Below, piece by piece: positions 28,353 to 39,640 of a DNA stretch of 64,000 nucleotides. The DNA is from Octopus vulgaris (lineage: Eukaryota), in assembly GCA_951406725.2 (NCBI GenBank), contig OX597838.1:25668001-25732000 (forward strand). The letters are read 5' to 3'. A program made the position numbers and the translations under genes. The notes beneath the pieces are model-generated. The model made no database searches, was not told where the DNA came from, and saw only the letters and a program-made list of their open reading frames with translations. Within the stretch, counting starts at the first letter, position 1. The number at the start of each line of letters is the position of its first letter.

Positions 28353-28864
28353 ATATATGCATAAATATATGTGTGTGTGTATATAATAGTATGTATTGGA
28401 AGGTTGGGAGATGATGTACAGGTATTATATATTAGAAGAAATAGTATGTATATATATATATATATATACACACACACAAACAAGGTGTGATGAATATATT
28501 GTCATCTAAATTATGCAAAAACGAAAATAACACTAACATCTCATTTTAACAGATATATTTACCAAAATTGCATAAAAATATCTTGAAATACTAAAAAAGT
28601 GGGAGAGAGGAAGAGAACGAGAGATAAATAATGAGAGAGAATGTTCACTTACACTCCAATTTCTGTACAGTTTGAATGGGCATCGGAAGCAATGGCTGTA
28701 TGTATGAATGTTCCAGTAAGATCGGGACACGGGTCTGATGGGGTTTCATGTCCATGTCCATTTTCATTCTTTAATCCAAAGTAGACAGTGACAGCAACAA
28801 CAGCTGCCAACACCAAAAGGCCCACCAGTACAAGGGCTGGGATAACATATTTCTTGGACAGCAT
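5555..28864 (-). CDS. GGT1: Gamma-glutamyl transpeptidase / glutathione hydrolase 1 proenzyme-like, 11 coding exons, 586 aa (whole-gene span)
   Basis: Hand-spliced exons 28864-28653, 26556-26434, 24096-24002, 22086-21894, 18999-18836, 17238-17089, 15305-15169, 11778-11591, 9008-8768, 6783-6670 and 5698-5555 sum to 1761 nt in one open frame, and all introns are GT..AG. The protein has an N-terminal signal-anchor and the GGT motifs [57 protein letters not shown] and AADRRK. Confidence 0.96.
6670..6783 (-). CDS. GGT1: GGT coding exon 10 ([38 protein letters not shown])
   Basis: Acceptor tttcag, donor CAG|gtgagt, 114 nt. Confidence 0.95.
7031..7121 (-). ncRNA. Type I hammerhead ribozyme motif (Penelope-like pLTR type), copy in GGT-sense orientation
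   Basis: Exact reverse complement of 7206-7296. Confidence 0.8.
7206..7296 (+). ncRNA. Type I hammerhead ribozyme motif with long stem II and palindromic stem III
   Basis: TTTTAG-CTGATGA-GTACGGGACA...TGTCTTTGTAT-GAAA-CAATTG-TA-CTAAAA: stem I TTTTAG/CTAAAA, intact core, ACAATTGT palindrome, GUA cleavage triplet. Confidence 0.82.
8155..8234 (+). ncRNA. Type I hammerhead ribozyme motif
   Basis: GATCATA-CTGACGA-GCCCTA...TAGGC-GAAAC-TGCTG-GTC-TGCGAT: core and GUC intact, stem I with one mismatch. Confidence 0.72.
8768..9008 (-). CDS. GGT1: GGT coding exon 9 (FGSKV...NDEMDDFS...[11 protein letters not shown]...[14 protein letters not shown])
   Basis: Acceptor ttctag, donor C|gtaagt, 241 nt; matches ORF 8708..8995. 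Confidence 0.96.
9800..9890 (-). ncRNA. Type I hammerhead ribozyme motif (intact), GGT-sense, intron 8
   Basis: Minus strand reads AATTGG-CTGATGA-GTGC...GTAC-GAAA-CGATCG-TA-CCAAATT; ACGATCGT palindromic stem III. Confidence 0.85.
9965..10055 (+). ncRNA. Type I hammerhead motif, inverted copy with a G>A change in stem III (GUA to AUA)
   Basis: AATTGG-CTGATGA-GTGC...GTAC-GAAA-CGATCA-TA-CCAAATT. Confidence 0.72.
11591..11778 (-). CDS. GGT1: GGT coding exon 8, containing the autocleavage site and Thr nucleophile ([22 protein letters not shown])
   Basis: Acceptor ctaacag, donor TA|gtaagt, 188 nt; Thr codon at 11658-11656. Confidence 0.95.
12874..13686 (-). mobile_element. Degenerate mariner transposon
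   Basis: Frameshifted transposase pieces ([29 protein letters not shown] region); TIR-like end next to TA at 13686. Confidence 0.88.
13705..14019 (+). mobile_element. tRNA-derived SINE family D
   Basis: tRNA-like head GGAGGCGCAATGGTCCAGTGGTTAGGGC...GTTTCGATTCCC; related copies on - at 29365-29663 and 34255-34492. Confidence 0.75.
14300..15045 (-). mobile_element. Penelope-like element 3' fragment
   Basis: ORF 14841..15035 CKPY...[10 protein letters not shown]...[13 protein letters not shown] resembles the Cys/His C-terminus that follows the GIY-YIG domain in PLEs; boundaries approximate. Confidence 0.6.
15169..15305 (-). CDS. GGT1: GGT coding exon 7 (YNYTINK...[29 protein letters not shown])
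   Basis: Acceptor ttttag, donor GAG|gtaatg, 137 nt. Confidence 0.95.
16563..16983 (+). mobile_element. SINE family A copy
   Basis: Same head, body and tail as 22842-23283. Confidence 0.85.
17089..17238 (-). CDS. GGT1: GGT coding exon 6 ([11 protein letters not shown]...[16 protein letters not shown])
   Basis: Acceptor aaacag, donor G|gtaagt, 150 nt. Confidence 0.95.
18836..18999 (-). CDS. GGT1: GGT coding exon 5 (NFLWNNET...[19 protein letters not shown]...DIKDGG)
   Basis: Acceptor taatcag, donor G|gttagt, 164 nt. Confidence 0.94.
21894..22086 (-). CDS. GGT1: GGT coding exon 4 ([33 protein letters not shown]...)
   Basis: Acceptor ctaacag, donor CG|gtaatc, 193 nt. Confidence 0.95.
22842..23283 (+). 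mobile_element. tRNA-derived SINE, family A (CORE-like; resembles octopus OR/OK SINEs), full-length example
   Basis: A/B box head (TGGCTGTGTGGT...GGTTCAGTCCC), internal (TA/TG)n, tail GACTGAAACAAGTAAAAGAG; more than 15 copies, e.g. 16563-16983, 18282-18675(-), 39641-40033, 44927-45404(-), 56662-56994(-). Confidence 0.85.
24002..24096 (-). CDS. GGT1: GGT coding exon 3 ([32 protein letters not shown])
   Basis: Acceptor aacag, donor G|gtaata, 95 nt; REVAP carries the glutamate-binding Arg (human R107 equivalent). Confidence 0.93.
24160..25690 (+). repeat. Two copies of a ~400-nt interspersed repeat associated with (TAA)n (24160-24650 and 25235-25690)
   Basis: Shared TTGGTATAAAAGATGGGCTACAGCAAATATTCTGCTC... 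block. Confidence 0.75.
26434..26556 (-). CDS. GGT1: GGT coding exon 2 ([41 protein letters not shown])
   Basis: Acceptor ttccag, donor AG|gtaaat, 123 nt, phase 2/2, classic GGT motif. Confidence 0.95.
27081..27926 (+). mobile_element. Mariner-derived element with inverted duplication of its 5' end
   Basis: TACGAGGGCTGATCAATAAG TIR start; ORF 27219..27617 has a Mos1-like HTH ([18 protein letters not shown]...GRP); 27690-27926 is an inverted homolog of 27111-27300. Confidence 0.8.
27922..28147 (+). mobile_element. SINE family C (Meta-domain-like)
   Basis: GCCTTTCGTCCTCTCGGGGTCAATAAATTAAGTACC domain; copies on - at 2550-2762, 15950-16530 (tandem), 25700-25980, 46043-46487 and 48828-49042. Confidence 0.75.
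28653..28864 (-). CDS. GGT1: GGT coding exon 1 ([30 protein letters not shown]...SNCTEIG), type II membrane anchor
   Basis: ATG at 28864-28862, hydrophobic TM stretch, AIASD..C..IG motif, donor GT|gtaagt. Confidence 0.92.
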
Positions 28865-28936
28865 TCTATAAAAGAGAAACAGGATAGCATTTAGAAATGT
28901 CAGCATAAACACTTATACACACACATATGCATATAT

Positions 28937-28981
<45 letters not shown>

Positions 28982-29108
28982 TATATGTATATGTATATGA
29001 TTATATATATAACGGGAAGCTTTATGAAAATAAACAAAAGACGAAGGCAGGTGGGAAACAAACAAACAATTGTATTAGTATGGCACTCAGGAATATAAAT
29101 AAAACAAG

Positions 29109-29146
29109 TCTTTTACGTTTCGAGCCTACGCTCTTCAACAGAAAGA
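29109..29146 (-). ncRNA. Minimal hammerhead-like motif with variant core (CUGUUGA)
   Basis: Minus strand reads TCTTT-CTGTTGA-A-GAGC-GTAG-GCTC-GAAAC-GTA-AAAGA; lies in a fragment flanked by (TA)n. Confidence 0.6.
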
Positions 29147-29274
29147 TACACAGAAAAGAAACAAGGAGAGAAACAAGGAGAGAAAATGCATATGATTATA
29201 TTTATATATGCATATATGTATATGTATATGATTATATATATATCTGCATATATGTATATATATATATGTATATG

Positions 29275-29305
<31 letters not shown>

Positions 29306-29318
29306 TGAATGTATGTAT

Positions 29319-29360
<42 letters not shown>

Positions 29361-31750
29361 TTGTTTGTGCCTTCTCGAACCACGCCTAGCTCATAAGGGC
29401 CGGTTTCCCAGTTTCCTTGGCATATAGGTTCCCCACCTGGACCGGACGCCGGTCCGTCGCAGGTGAGCTGCAAGATGCAGGAGGAAAGAGCAAGAGAAAG
29501 TTGTGGCAAAAGAGTCAGCAGAAGTTTGCCATTACCTTCTGCTGGAGCCGCGTGGAGCTTAGGTGTTTCGCTCATAAACACACACATCACCAAGTCTGAG
29601 ATTCAAACCCACAATCCCTCGACTGCAAGTCCGCTGCTCCAACCACTAGGCCATCTGCCTCCACACACACGCACGCACACACACACACACCGTTGAGAAA
29701 CCAATTATAGCAGCGTTTCCATCTAAGAATATCTGGAGAAGGAATTTTATTACGAAAAATTATCAGTCTATGGATGACTAAATTTCAACAGGTATATAGC
29801 CCATTGTTTGTATTATAGTGCATTGTACCTTTCAAAACTTTTTATTCTTTTATATATATATCTATATATATATATATGCATATATATATTATCATTATCA
29901 ACTACATTTTTCCATGCTTCCATGAGTTAGACAGAATTGAGGCACATTTTCTATGGCTGGGTGCCCTTCCTGTTGCTAATCTGCACCTGTTTTGAAGCAA
30001 GATATTTCGTCATGGTTTTGGTCAACTTGGGACTATAGTAGAAGATACTTGCCCAAGACGCCACACACTGGTACTGAATCCAAAACTGCATGGTTGGAAA
30101 GCAATCTTAAATTGTTCACAATCATTCTCTCAGGTAATTTTTTTTGTAGCAATAATAAGAATTTGTGATTTAGTCACAAGGTCAGCAGTTTTCAGAGGAG
30201 TCGGTTAATCAATTTACGTTGACTCTAATACTTAACTGCTACTTTATTTTATCACTCCACCCAAAATGTAAAAGGCAAAGTTGACATTGGTAAGGTTTGA
30301 ACTCAGAACATAGGGAGAAATGGCAGGAACAAATATCACAAGGCATTTCTTCTGATGCTCTAATGATTATGTGTGGAAAATATGTGGAAGAATAGTTCTA
30401 TTAATTACATCATTACATTACTATACAACTGCAGGTGTGCATATATATATATATATGCGTGTATGTAAAAATATATAAGAATTATATTGTTAATAATTTA
30501 CAATAATATCAGTGGCTAGCATGTGTAAAAGAACCATAAAAGCAAAATTATTAATTAATAATGTAGCACCAGCTTGCTAAAAATAGTAGTCAAAACAACT
30601 CAAAACCAGTTTTCATTTGACGAAGAGGCCACAGCAGGAACAGCAATGCAGGGGCAAGGAGTCCGGGCCTGTGAAACAATGAACAAACAGAGCTACTGTT
30701 GTCAGTGATGTGTACAAGCATGGCAGCTGCCAGGGTGCAAGGCAGAACGCAACGACAGCAAAGGCAAGGGCACTCATGTTTGGGTGGACAAGGTGGCAGG
30801 AGCACATTAAGGACTCACCAGCCATGTACAGTCAAGAGGCACATTCCTGTGTCGGCAATTGCTAAGTGAAAGAGAGGACTGGGAACTATCCTTCCACACA
30901 ACTATCTCATCCGATCAGCAAGACCCTACACTTGTGATTTCTTTTGATGCTAAACACCCCAGCCCCTCTGCCCCTGACTACTTACATCATGGAAGCAACC
31001 TCATTCATTCTCAACTGTTACACTAACACTATAAGCTCCTTGCCTCTCTCTCTGTCTCCCTCCCTCCTCTCTTTGTCTCACCCCCCACTCTCTCTTTACC
31101 TCAACCCTTTAGAATTCAGATTAGTGTGTCAAGTGCAATGCTTATTTATTCATGTTGTTTTGAATTATTTGTACAATATTTCATACCTTCAAGATTCCAG
31201 TGACGTGATTGTTTAGTTCTAGTAGGACATTGTAGAGTAAGGTCAGAGAGTTCAGATCTGGCCAGCTTGAGCATAAAACAGGTAAAATATTTTGGCTGAA
31301 TGTGGCCAGTTGAATAGCAGAAACAGCCTGTTAGTCCCCTGTCACTTAGAGAGCTGTTATGGTAGCTAAACTTCCTCCCTAAACAATATAGAGGGATGGC
31401 ATTCTCAGCTGTCATGATGGCAACCTGTCTAGCAAGTCTGGCACTCTGAAGCGACTCAACACTGAGAAAAGGGATTTGCCTTATTTGCACAGGGAACATG
31501 TCAGCTTTGCAAGCAACAGTCATGAGTCCACTGAGGTGAGAAGTAACCTGTAATCATTGTCATCATCATCACCATCATCGTCATCATATGGAATATTATC
31601 AACATGAGATATTTCACAGCTGGATGCCCTTCCTATCACCAACCCTCACTTGTTTCCAAGTGAGGTAATATTTCTCCATAACTAGACATATCTTCACAGC
31701 AGATTGGAAGTGAAGGTCACTTCTTGCATGACAGTGACATTTGCTTACAA

Positions 31751-32054
31751 TTATACAACTATCACATGATGTCAAGGTGAGGAGACAGTAACACACACAC
31801 ACACACACACACACATATGCACACAGATACGCACACACACAACAAGCTTCTCTCAGTTTCCATCATCTACTAAATCCATTCACTAGTCATTCATTAGCTT
31901 GGAACTATAGTAAAAATCATTTGCCCATGGTGCAGAAACATCTGCCATACAATGGAATTGAACCTGAAACTATGTGGTTGTGAAGCAGACTTCTTGACCA
32001 CACACCCATTCCTATGCCTTATACAACTATCACATGATGTCAAGGTGAGGAGAC

Positions 32055-32090
<36 letters not shown>

Positions 32091-32289
32091 GCACACAGAT
32101 ACGCACACACACAACAAGCTTCTCTCAGTTTCCATCATCTACTAAATCCATTCACTAGTCATTCATTAGCTTGGAACTATAGTAAAAATCATTTGCCCAT
32201 GGTGCAGAAACATCTGCCATACAATGGAATTGAACCTGAAACTATGTGGTTGTGAAGCAGACTTCTTGACCACACACCCATTCCTATGC
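31751..32289 (+). repeat. Near-perfect ~268-bp tandem duplication
   Basis: 31751-32017 is repeated at 32019-32289, with the only visible difference being (CA)n length. Confidence 0.9.
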
Positions 32290-32589
32290 GCGTGTAAGTG
32301 TAATTTTTTACTAACTGAGGATACTGCATGGATTACTTAAGCACCTGCAGTTTTCATGCTAAGTCTTTTTAAATGAATCGAAGCTTTATGCTAAGAGATA
32401 ATTTAGGTGCTAGTTTGCTTTTTTTAAATAATCTTTCTTAAATAACTTTATTTAAAATTATATTCTAAAGCAATTTGCATGAACGAATCGATGAAAACTT
32501 TACTTTTTAATCACACACACACGCAAATTGTCAGTTTCTTCTTTTTGCTTTATGTGTGAAATAGTCAAGAAAACTCTGGGGTCACACAC

Positions 32590-32652
<63 letters not shown>

Positions 32653-33705
32653 CTTTGTCCTTCACCAACACTTGACAACCAGTGTTGGTGTTTTCGGCAT
32701 GTAAAAAGCACCATCCGATCGTGGCCGTTGCCAGCCTCGCCTGGCCCCCGTGCTGGTGGCACGTAAAAAGCACCATCCAACCGTGGCCGTTTGCCAGCCC
32801 CGTCTGGCACTTGTGCCGGTGGCACGTAAAAAGCACCTACTACACTCACGGAGTGGTTGGCATTAGGAAGGGCATCCAGCCGTAGAAACATTGCCAGATC
32901 AGACTGGGCCTGGTGCAGCCTTCTGGCTTCCCAGACCCCAGTTGAACCATCCAAGCCATGCTCGCATGGAAAGCGGACGCTAAATGATGATGATGATGAT
33001 GATGAACTTAGCAGTTCAGCACGAGAGACCAAAAGAACTGGGGTAAATTCATTAGAATAAAAATTATTTAAGGTGGTGACCCAGCATGGCCACAATCTAC
33101 TGATTGAAACAAATAGAAATTAAAAGATATAATGTGTACTCCTCGATACCAAATAATCATACGGAATATATTAGAAAGCAATAAGACAAACTTGTAAATT
33201 GACTAAATATGCATTTCTTGTTTAAATCTGTTTGACTGTGAGGAAAGCCTCAGGGAAGTCCTTTGAATGGGCAAGTTTTTGATCACTGCTGCACAGGACA
33301 GTAAAAACATCAGCACTTCAAGAGATACAATAAGTTGACAACGTGTCTGCTAGCTTAACACTGCTGAAAGGCAAGCAGTAAAATATCTGCTTTCCCTTTC
33401 TTGGCTTCTCACTCATTTCTTTTGTCCCGCATTTTGACAGCCCCTTCTCGAAAACAATAGAATACAAAGAAAATAAAACCACTGCTTCTACTATGACTGA
33501 AAGCAAGCAGTAAAAAATTTTTCTTTCCTTTGCCCTTCTTTCTGTTGACCATTTTTTACTAAGTCATGAAGGAATGCAAAATAAAAGTAAATACGACTAC
33601 AATGAATCCAGCGAAAATTATCAATAACCAATAATATGTTACACAAAAGTTATTTATCATGGGAAAATAGTAAGGCATGCAGTGCATACATAGACTCTGC
33701 CCCCT

Positions 33706-33738
<33 letters not shown>

Positions 33739-33860
33739 CTAGCAGTATCGCCCGGCGTTGCTCAGGTTTGTAAGGGAAATAACTATAAAGCATTTTTAGA
33801 GAGTTATAGAGTGAGGGTACGAGAAAACAGACACACAGAAACACGCACAGACAAACTGCC

Positions 33861-33868
<8 letters not shown>
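33739..33868 (-). mobile_element. Non-autonomous Helitron-like element (3' end)
   Basis: Minus strand ends CCTGAGCAACGCCGGGCGATACTG-CTAG|T (hairpin plus CTAG), inserted in (TA)n. Confidence 0.65.
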
Positions 33869-33896
<28 letters not shown>

Positions 33897-34214
33897 CAAA
33901 GTGAGATAGGGGTTATGAGTGTAACCCACTATGGGATATCATTTATCCAATATACTGCCGGTAAATACTCAATACATCAATACATCTGACTAATATGAGC
34001 ATAATGAGATACTCTTATCTACAGGCTGAAACAGCTGTAAGATCCATTTTATATGTATTGTTCTTATGGTATTATCTTATTGATGTGTACTGTTTTATTC
34101 TGTATTATTCTGTTTGATCTGGATGTTCCTAAATAATTAGTTAATAAATTATATGAATTGGTATTATCTAGTAGTTGATGATTGAAAGAAATCTATTCCT
34201 CCATTTTCTTATTT

Positions 34215-34259
<45 letters not shown>

Positions 34260-34553
34260 TTGTTCCTTCTCAAACCATGCCTGGCTCATAAGTACCGGTT
34301 TCCTTGGACGGGATGCCAGTCCGTCACAGGTGGGCTACAAGATGCAGGAGGAAAGAGTGAGAGAAAGTTGTGGCGAAAGAGTCAGCAGAAAGTTTGCCAT
34401 TACTTTCTGTGGGAGCCGCACATCGCCTAGTCTGAGATTTGATCCCTCGACTGCAAGTCTGCTGCTCTGACCACTAGTCCATGTGCCTCCACACACACAT
34501 AATGCATGAGACTTTCAGCCCTTGAGTAACTCTGTAACTTTTGCCATTTATTA

Positions 34554-34587
<34 letters not shown>

Positions 34588-35655
34588 ATATATATATAGT
34601 GTGTGTGTGTACTCGTTTTGAGTTCTGTTTTGCTGCTTGCATCACCAAACCAGTGTGTGTACACACACACACATATACCTATATATGTGTAAATATGTAC
34701 ACATATGTATACACACGCTCACACACTATGTATACCTCTCTCCCTACACTCACGCGGCCCAGTTCTCCGCCCTCTCGTCTGTTAATCAGTGTTCCAAACA
34801 AACGGGTTTAAGACTGACTGCCTGCACGAACTTCTGTATGCAGAACGTTCTGGACGCACGAATGTCAGATAGTTTATAGAATAGCTGCCAAACGTAGAGG
34901 TAAAACTTAGAATAAAGAGGTCTCAAAGTAAACGTAAGCGCATACTCAAGTTGTAGAAAATGGGGAAGAAGACAGAACTTTTCTGTTATCAAGCTTCGAT
35001 ATGTAGAAAAGGAGTGTGTAGGAATTTGAGCTAGCAGTGTAATCAACGCATGCTAACAAGAGATATTATGGGGTTACAGGCAAACTCAGAGAGATGGTAG
35101 ACTTTGCAGCTTCGCAGCAAGATGCATAGGAACAGTTGGCGGTTAGATGACGTGCTATATACTTCCGCCTTAACTACACGCGTGTGACTACCCCCATCGA
35201 TTTTGTTTCCTCATAATTTTCAGTAAAATTGGTATTTTTTAATGAAATTTTTTTACAAATATCTCTGAGATGGTATAGATCGGAATTCGATGGGAAAAAG
35301 GTTTTCGGATGGGCTGGGTGTGGAGTTTCAGATAATTCAAACGAATCGACTTTGTTTCCTCATAGCTTTAAGAAAAATGGGTATTTTTAAGAATTAATTT
35401 ATTTTACAAATGGTGTGCATAATGATTATATGTGGTTTTAATATGGAAAAAGAAAATGGTGGCCGTGCACACATACAAACTAACACATCACATAAATAGC
35501 TACAAAATGAAACTTGAAACAGAAAAAATTATGTATACTGTGTTAGTATGTAATGTGTGCACGTCAACCAATTTTCTCTTCCTTTCTCTTTTTAACAATA
35601 AATTTACATGTGGTCGTAATGTACTCAATCTGAAAGATATTTGCAGAAAGTTTCA

Positions 35656-37560
35656 TTAACCCCATGGCAACGGTTTAAAAAATTTTTTATCAAGCGAAAA
35701 ACTAGGTTGCATTCACAATAATCATCTCGGTTGAGATCAGCAATTAGCACGCGACAATGGTTCGACGTATATTTACATTGTCCACTTTAACCAGTTTACG
35801 GCGGTGATTCATTCGGTTTCTTGTGCGCGGCAATGGTAATCGCGCCGATTGAGGTCAGCACTCAATGCGAGATAACGTTCGGCGCATTTTTACGTCAATC
35901 GCTTGAGTGCAAGTGCTGTTTATTTACCTTAACTATATTCCTGTGCAGGACACTCATGCATATTATTCCTCGACAATACAAGTCAGATCAACATCTATTT
36001 ACACACTCAGTGGCATATCACATTGTGAACAATCGTATCTAGTTTCCTTACGTTTCCCTTTTGCTTTCCATACTGTGCATCTCTATGAAGCATTTGTCTT
36101 CTTGGCGGTGTGGGAAAACAGCTGTAGAAAATGTCCACGCCCCTTCACCACGCGTTCTGTACTTCGGCAGGTCTGATGCTTCTAGCATTTTACGGAACAA
36201 TAGATTCTTGAATGTCAATCCATCCCCAAACCGTCAAGCATCTGTCAAATCAAATGTGAATTCACGACAGACATTGTCAACTACTGTATATACAAGAAAA
36301 TTTTTTTGTACCATTTCACAAATTTTCTCACCGATCTGTGTGTCGTCGCCAGCTGATCTGAGCGATCGACCCCGCCCATCCCTTCATTGTATGAAACAAT
36401 TACACTCGATTTCATTATGGCATTACTGTCCGCATCTTGTTTCCTAGTGTCCTTCATGCTTGCAGAATGCATTGAGGATAACATGCAGACGTTTTTCTTG
36501 TCACACAAGAATACCACTATCGGTGCATCGGTATGCTGTTTTCCCCAATTTAAGTTTTATTTTGTGAAGATCGGGCGGCATGTTTTTCCTGTGCGTCCTC
36601 ACAGTCCTACAGGCATTATTCCTCCTCACCAAAAGCTGCAGGAAGAGGTCTGGATTGGAAAACCAGTTCTCCATATAAATATTGTAGCCTTTGTCAAACA
36701 AGTTTTCATTCAGCGACAACACGACATCAGTTGTAGAAGCTGCAAGATCCAGTGTGTCCCGACCAGTGTAGATTTTATAATTCCACGTGTACCCACAGAC
36801 TCTGCCAGTTGACTGGCATACTTTATAAACCTTGACTCCAAAGCGGGCACATTTGGTTGGGTCATATTGTTTGAATCGGAGCTTTCCCTTGAATTTCTAC
36901 AAATTCTCGTCTGTACAAATGTCCTGTGTGGGGACGTATACTATTCTGAAATGTTCAGCCACTTCGTCAACGATAGGACGTATTTTGTACAACCTGTCAT
37001 CTTGGTTCTCGCCTGAGTTGAAATGTAGATTTCGAAGAAGTGCCAAAAATCGATCACATGGCATTGTTTCCAGAGAGAAAGGTGTCAGCAAGGCTGGATC
37101 CCGATTCCGATATGACGCCAGGGTCGGTTTCTTCACGATACCCATCAGTACCAGCAGGGCAAGCAGAACTTTGATTTTGTCCCCTGTGGTTGGAAACCAA
37201 TCACCGCCATGCCCGAGTCTGGTCTTCAGCATAGTCATGCGTTTTGTCCGCTATGTATTGGAACATTTCATGTCAAAACCTCGTGGACGATTTCCAGTGG
37301 CGAACTTCCATGTTCAAGGTTTGGCTTTATGCCGTCGGACGAAATTGTCTTTCGCTCGCCGCACGACATTCTGTTGTCCAGGGCCATTTACTACTGCTCG
37401 CCCGTACCTTTGATTCACCGGAATATCATCATCGCTATCGGAATCATTTGATTCTGAACTAGGAAAATACTTTCTCTCCGGATCATTGTCCTAACTGAAA
37501 GAAATAACTGGTGAAGTAAATTCAACGAAACACGATGCGACGACCGTAATTTTGACGAAA
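35656..37560 (-). mobile_element. Degenerate piggyBac (PGBD4-like) transposon
   Basis: TTAA|CCC terminus at 35656; frameshifted transposase motifs DRFLALLRNLHF, DRLYKIRPIVD, ICTDE, KGYNIYMENWFSN, YNEGMGGVDRSDQL and a Cys-rich C-terminus. Confidence 0.9.
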
Positions 37561-39390
37561 CAAGACGCGACGATGAAGTTGACTACGGCAGAAATTGAAT
37601 TCACCTCAATAGACGTCATTGATTGGTTGAAATTGACGAAATGCAAGAAATTAAAGAACTAATAGCTTACAAACTACAGAATTTTCTCAAGAAAGCCAAG
37701 AGAAAAAGATGTTTTATAAACACATTCTACCAGTATACGAAGTTTAAAAGTGTTTAGTTACAAAGAAATTATTTAAAAAATCTGCCGGTCAAAGCGAAAA
37801 GATCCTTTTTCGGATATATGATACATTGACACTGATCTTCCTTCCGTTTCCATCTACCAAATCCACTCACAAGACTTTGGTTGACCCGTGGCTCTATTCG
37901 AAGACTCTTGCCCAGGATGTCACGCAGTGGGAGTGAACCTGAAACCATGTAGTTGCGAAGCAAGTTTCTTAACACACAGGTGTTTTTTTTTTTCTTTATT
38001 TTTATGCTTTTAAGTATATTCGCTGTGACCGATGTAAAATCGAATAAATCGAGGTTTATTTATTTATTTTTTCTTTTTACCATTAATGACTGAAGTCGAA
38101 AAACATGTGACTCGAAACGACGTAAGCCGAGGTATGGTTGTATAAGAAAAAGTGAAAACAACATGCACAAGAGAAGAGTGCACCGATGTGGAAAGGGCAT
38201 GAGATGTGTATGGCAATAATCGATGGGTTAAGAGTCAAGTGATCCAGACGAGAGCGACCCGTGCGGATGGGGGTGAACTGGTCGAGGTAAAGAATACGCA
38301 CACCACCCGTTTTCGGTACAACCCTAACCCTAAACACCGGGTTTGCGTATTCTTTACCTTCACCGAAATAAGGAAAGCTGGTCACAGGTGATGAGAAGAT
38401 CCGTTCAAATTGTGCCCACATGTAGGAGCGATGATGATGATGATGGTGGTGGTGATGATGATGATAATAGTGGTGATGATGATGATGATGACATGAACCC
38501 CCGCCCCCCCTCCAGTTATAAATGTTCACACATAACATATGTAGCTGTATACAAACACTCATAAAACTATACTCATGACTGAAATTGAGGTTTTTTTTTT
38601 TTTCACCATTAATGGCGTAGGAGTGCTTACGAACGACACGGTTCCGGGTTCAGTTCCACTGCGTGGCACCTTGGGCAGGTGTCTTCTACTATAGCCTCGG
38701 GCCGACCAAAGCCTTGTGAGTGGATTTGGTAGATGGAAACTGAAAGAAGCCCGTCGTATATATGTATATATATGTGTGTGTGTCTGTGTTTGTCCCCCCA
38801 ACATCGCTTGACAACCTATGCTGGTGTGTTTGGGTCCCCGTAACTTAGAGGTTCGGCAAAAGAGACCGATAGAATAAGTACTAGGCTTACAAAAAATAAG
38901 TCCGGGGGGGGGGAGGTCGATTTGCTCGACCAAAGGCGGTGCTCCAGCATGGCCACAGTCAAATGACTGAAACAAGTAAAAGGGTATTAATGTCTGAAGT
39001 CGAAAAACATGTGACTCGAAACGACGTAAGTTGAGGTATGGTTGTAGAAGAGAGAGTTAAAACAACATGCACGAGAGAAGAGTGCACCGATATGAAAAGC
39101 GCATGAGACGTGTATGTGCGCGCGCACACCACACATATACGTAGTTGCGTACATGGTTGTGCATACAGAGCTTGAATCATATGCAGATATACACGTAACA
39201 GCCAGATCTTTGCATAAACACGTTAGACACAGACACACAAGCGCGCGCGCACGATGTTTCTTTCAGAACTGACCCGGCCTGTGACGACTCCGCCCAGCCG
39301 ACGTCAGCACGAAAAGAAAACCGCAAATGATAACAGCGATAAACATACAAACCCCACCTCACACACACTAACACCATACCCACCCACACG

Positions 39391-39448
<58 letters not shown>

Positions 39449-39495
39449 ATTTTTTTTCCTCTGTCTTCCCTTCTCTGGATCTTTCCTTCTCCTAT

Positions 39496-39530
39496 GTTTC
39501 CGACGAAGAGCTCCGCTCGAAACGTTAAAC
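39496..39530 (+). ncRNA. Minimal hammerhead-like motif with variant core (CCGACGA)
   Basis: GTTT-CCGACGA-A-GAGC-TCC-GCTC-GAAAC-GTT-AAAC; lies in a fragment flanked by (TA)n. Confidence 0.6.
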
Positions 39531-39640
39531 CCTCCTTCTTTCCTGAGCGTCCAATAATACTATATTTGTTCCACGTCCTCGCGTTGTTGTGTTTTTGTGC
39601 TTTCTTGTTTAGATTAACTATATATATATATATATATACA

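Noticed and set aside
30616-30682. TTGACGA-AGAGGCC...GGCCTGT-GAAAC hammerhead-like pattern
   Set aside because: No UH cleavage triplet or stem I/III; could be chance
34020-34046. Hammerhead 3' half (GGCT-GAAAC-AGCT-GTA-AGATCC)
   Set aside because: The CUGANGA core and 5' stem strands are missing; at most a truncated remnant
38087-38130. Hammerhead-like CTGAAGTC...GACTC-GAAAC-GAC-GTA (also 38990-39030)
   Set aside because: Core incomplete and no stem I partner; only a ~130-bp dispersed repeat can be supported
38318-38335. Telomeric (TAACCC) repeat
   Set aside because: Only about 2 units, embedded in an interspersed repeat
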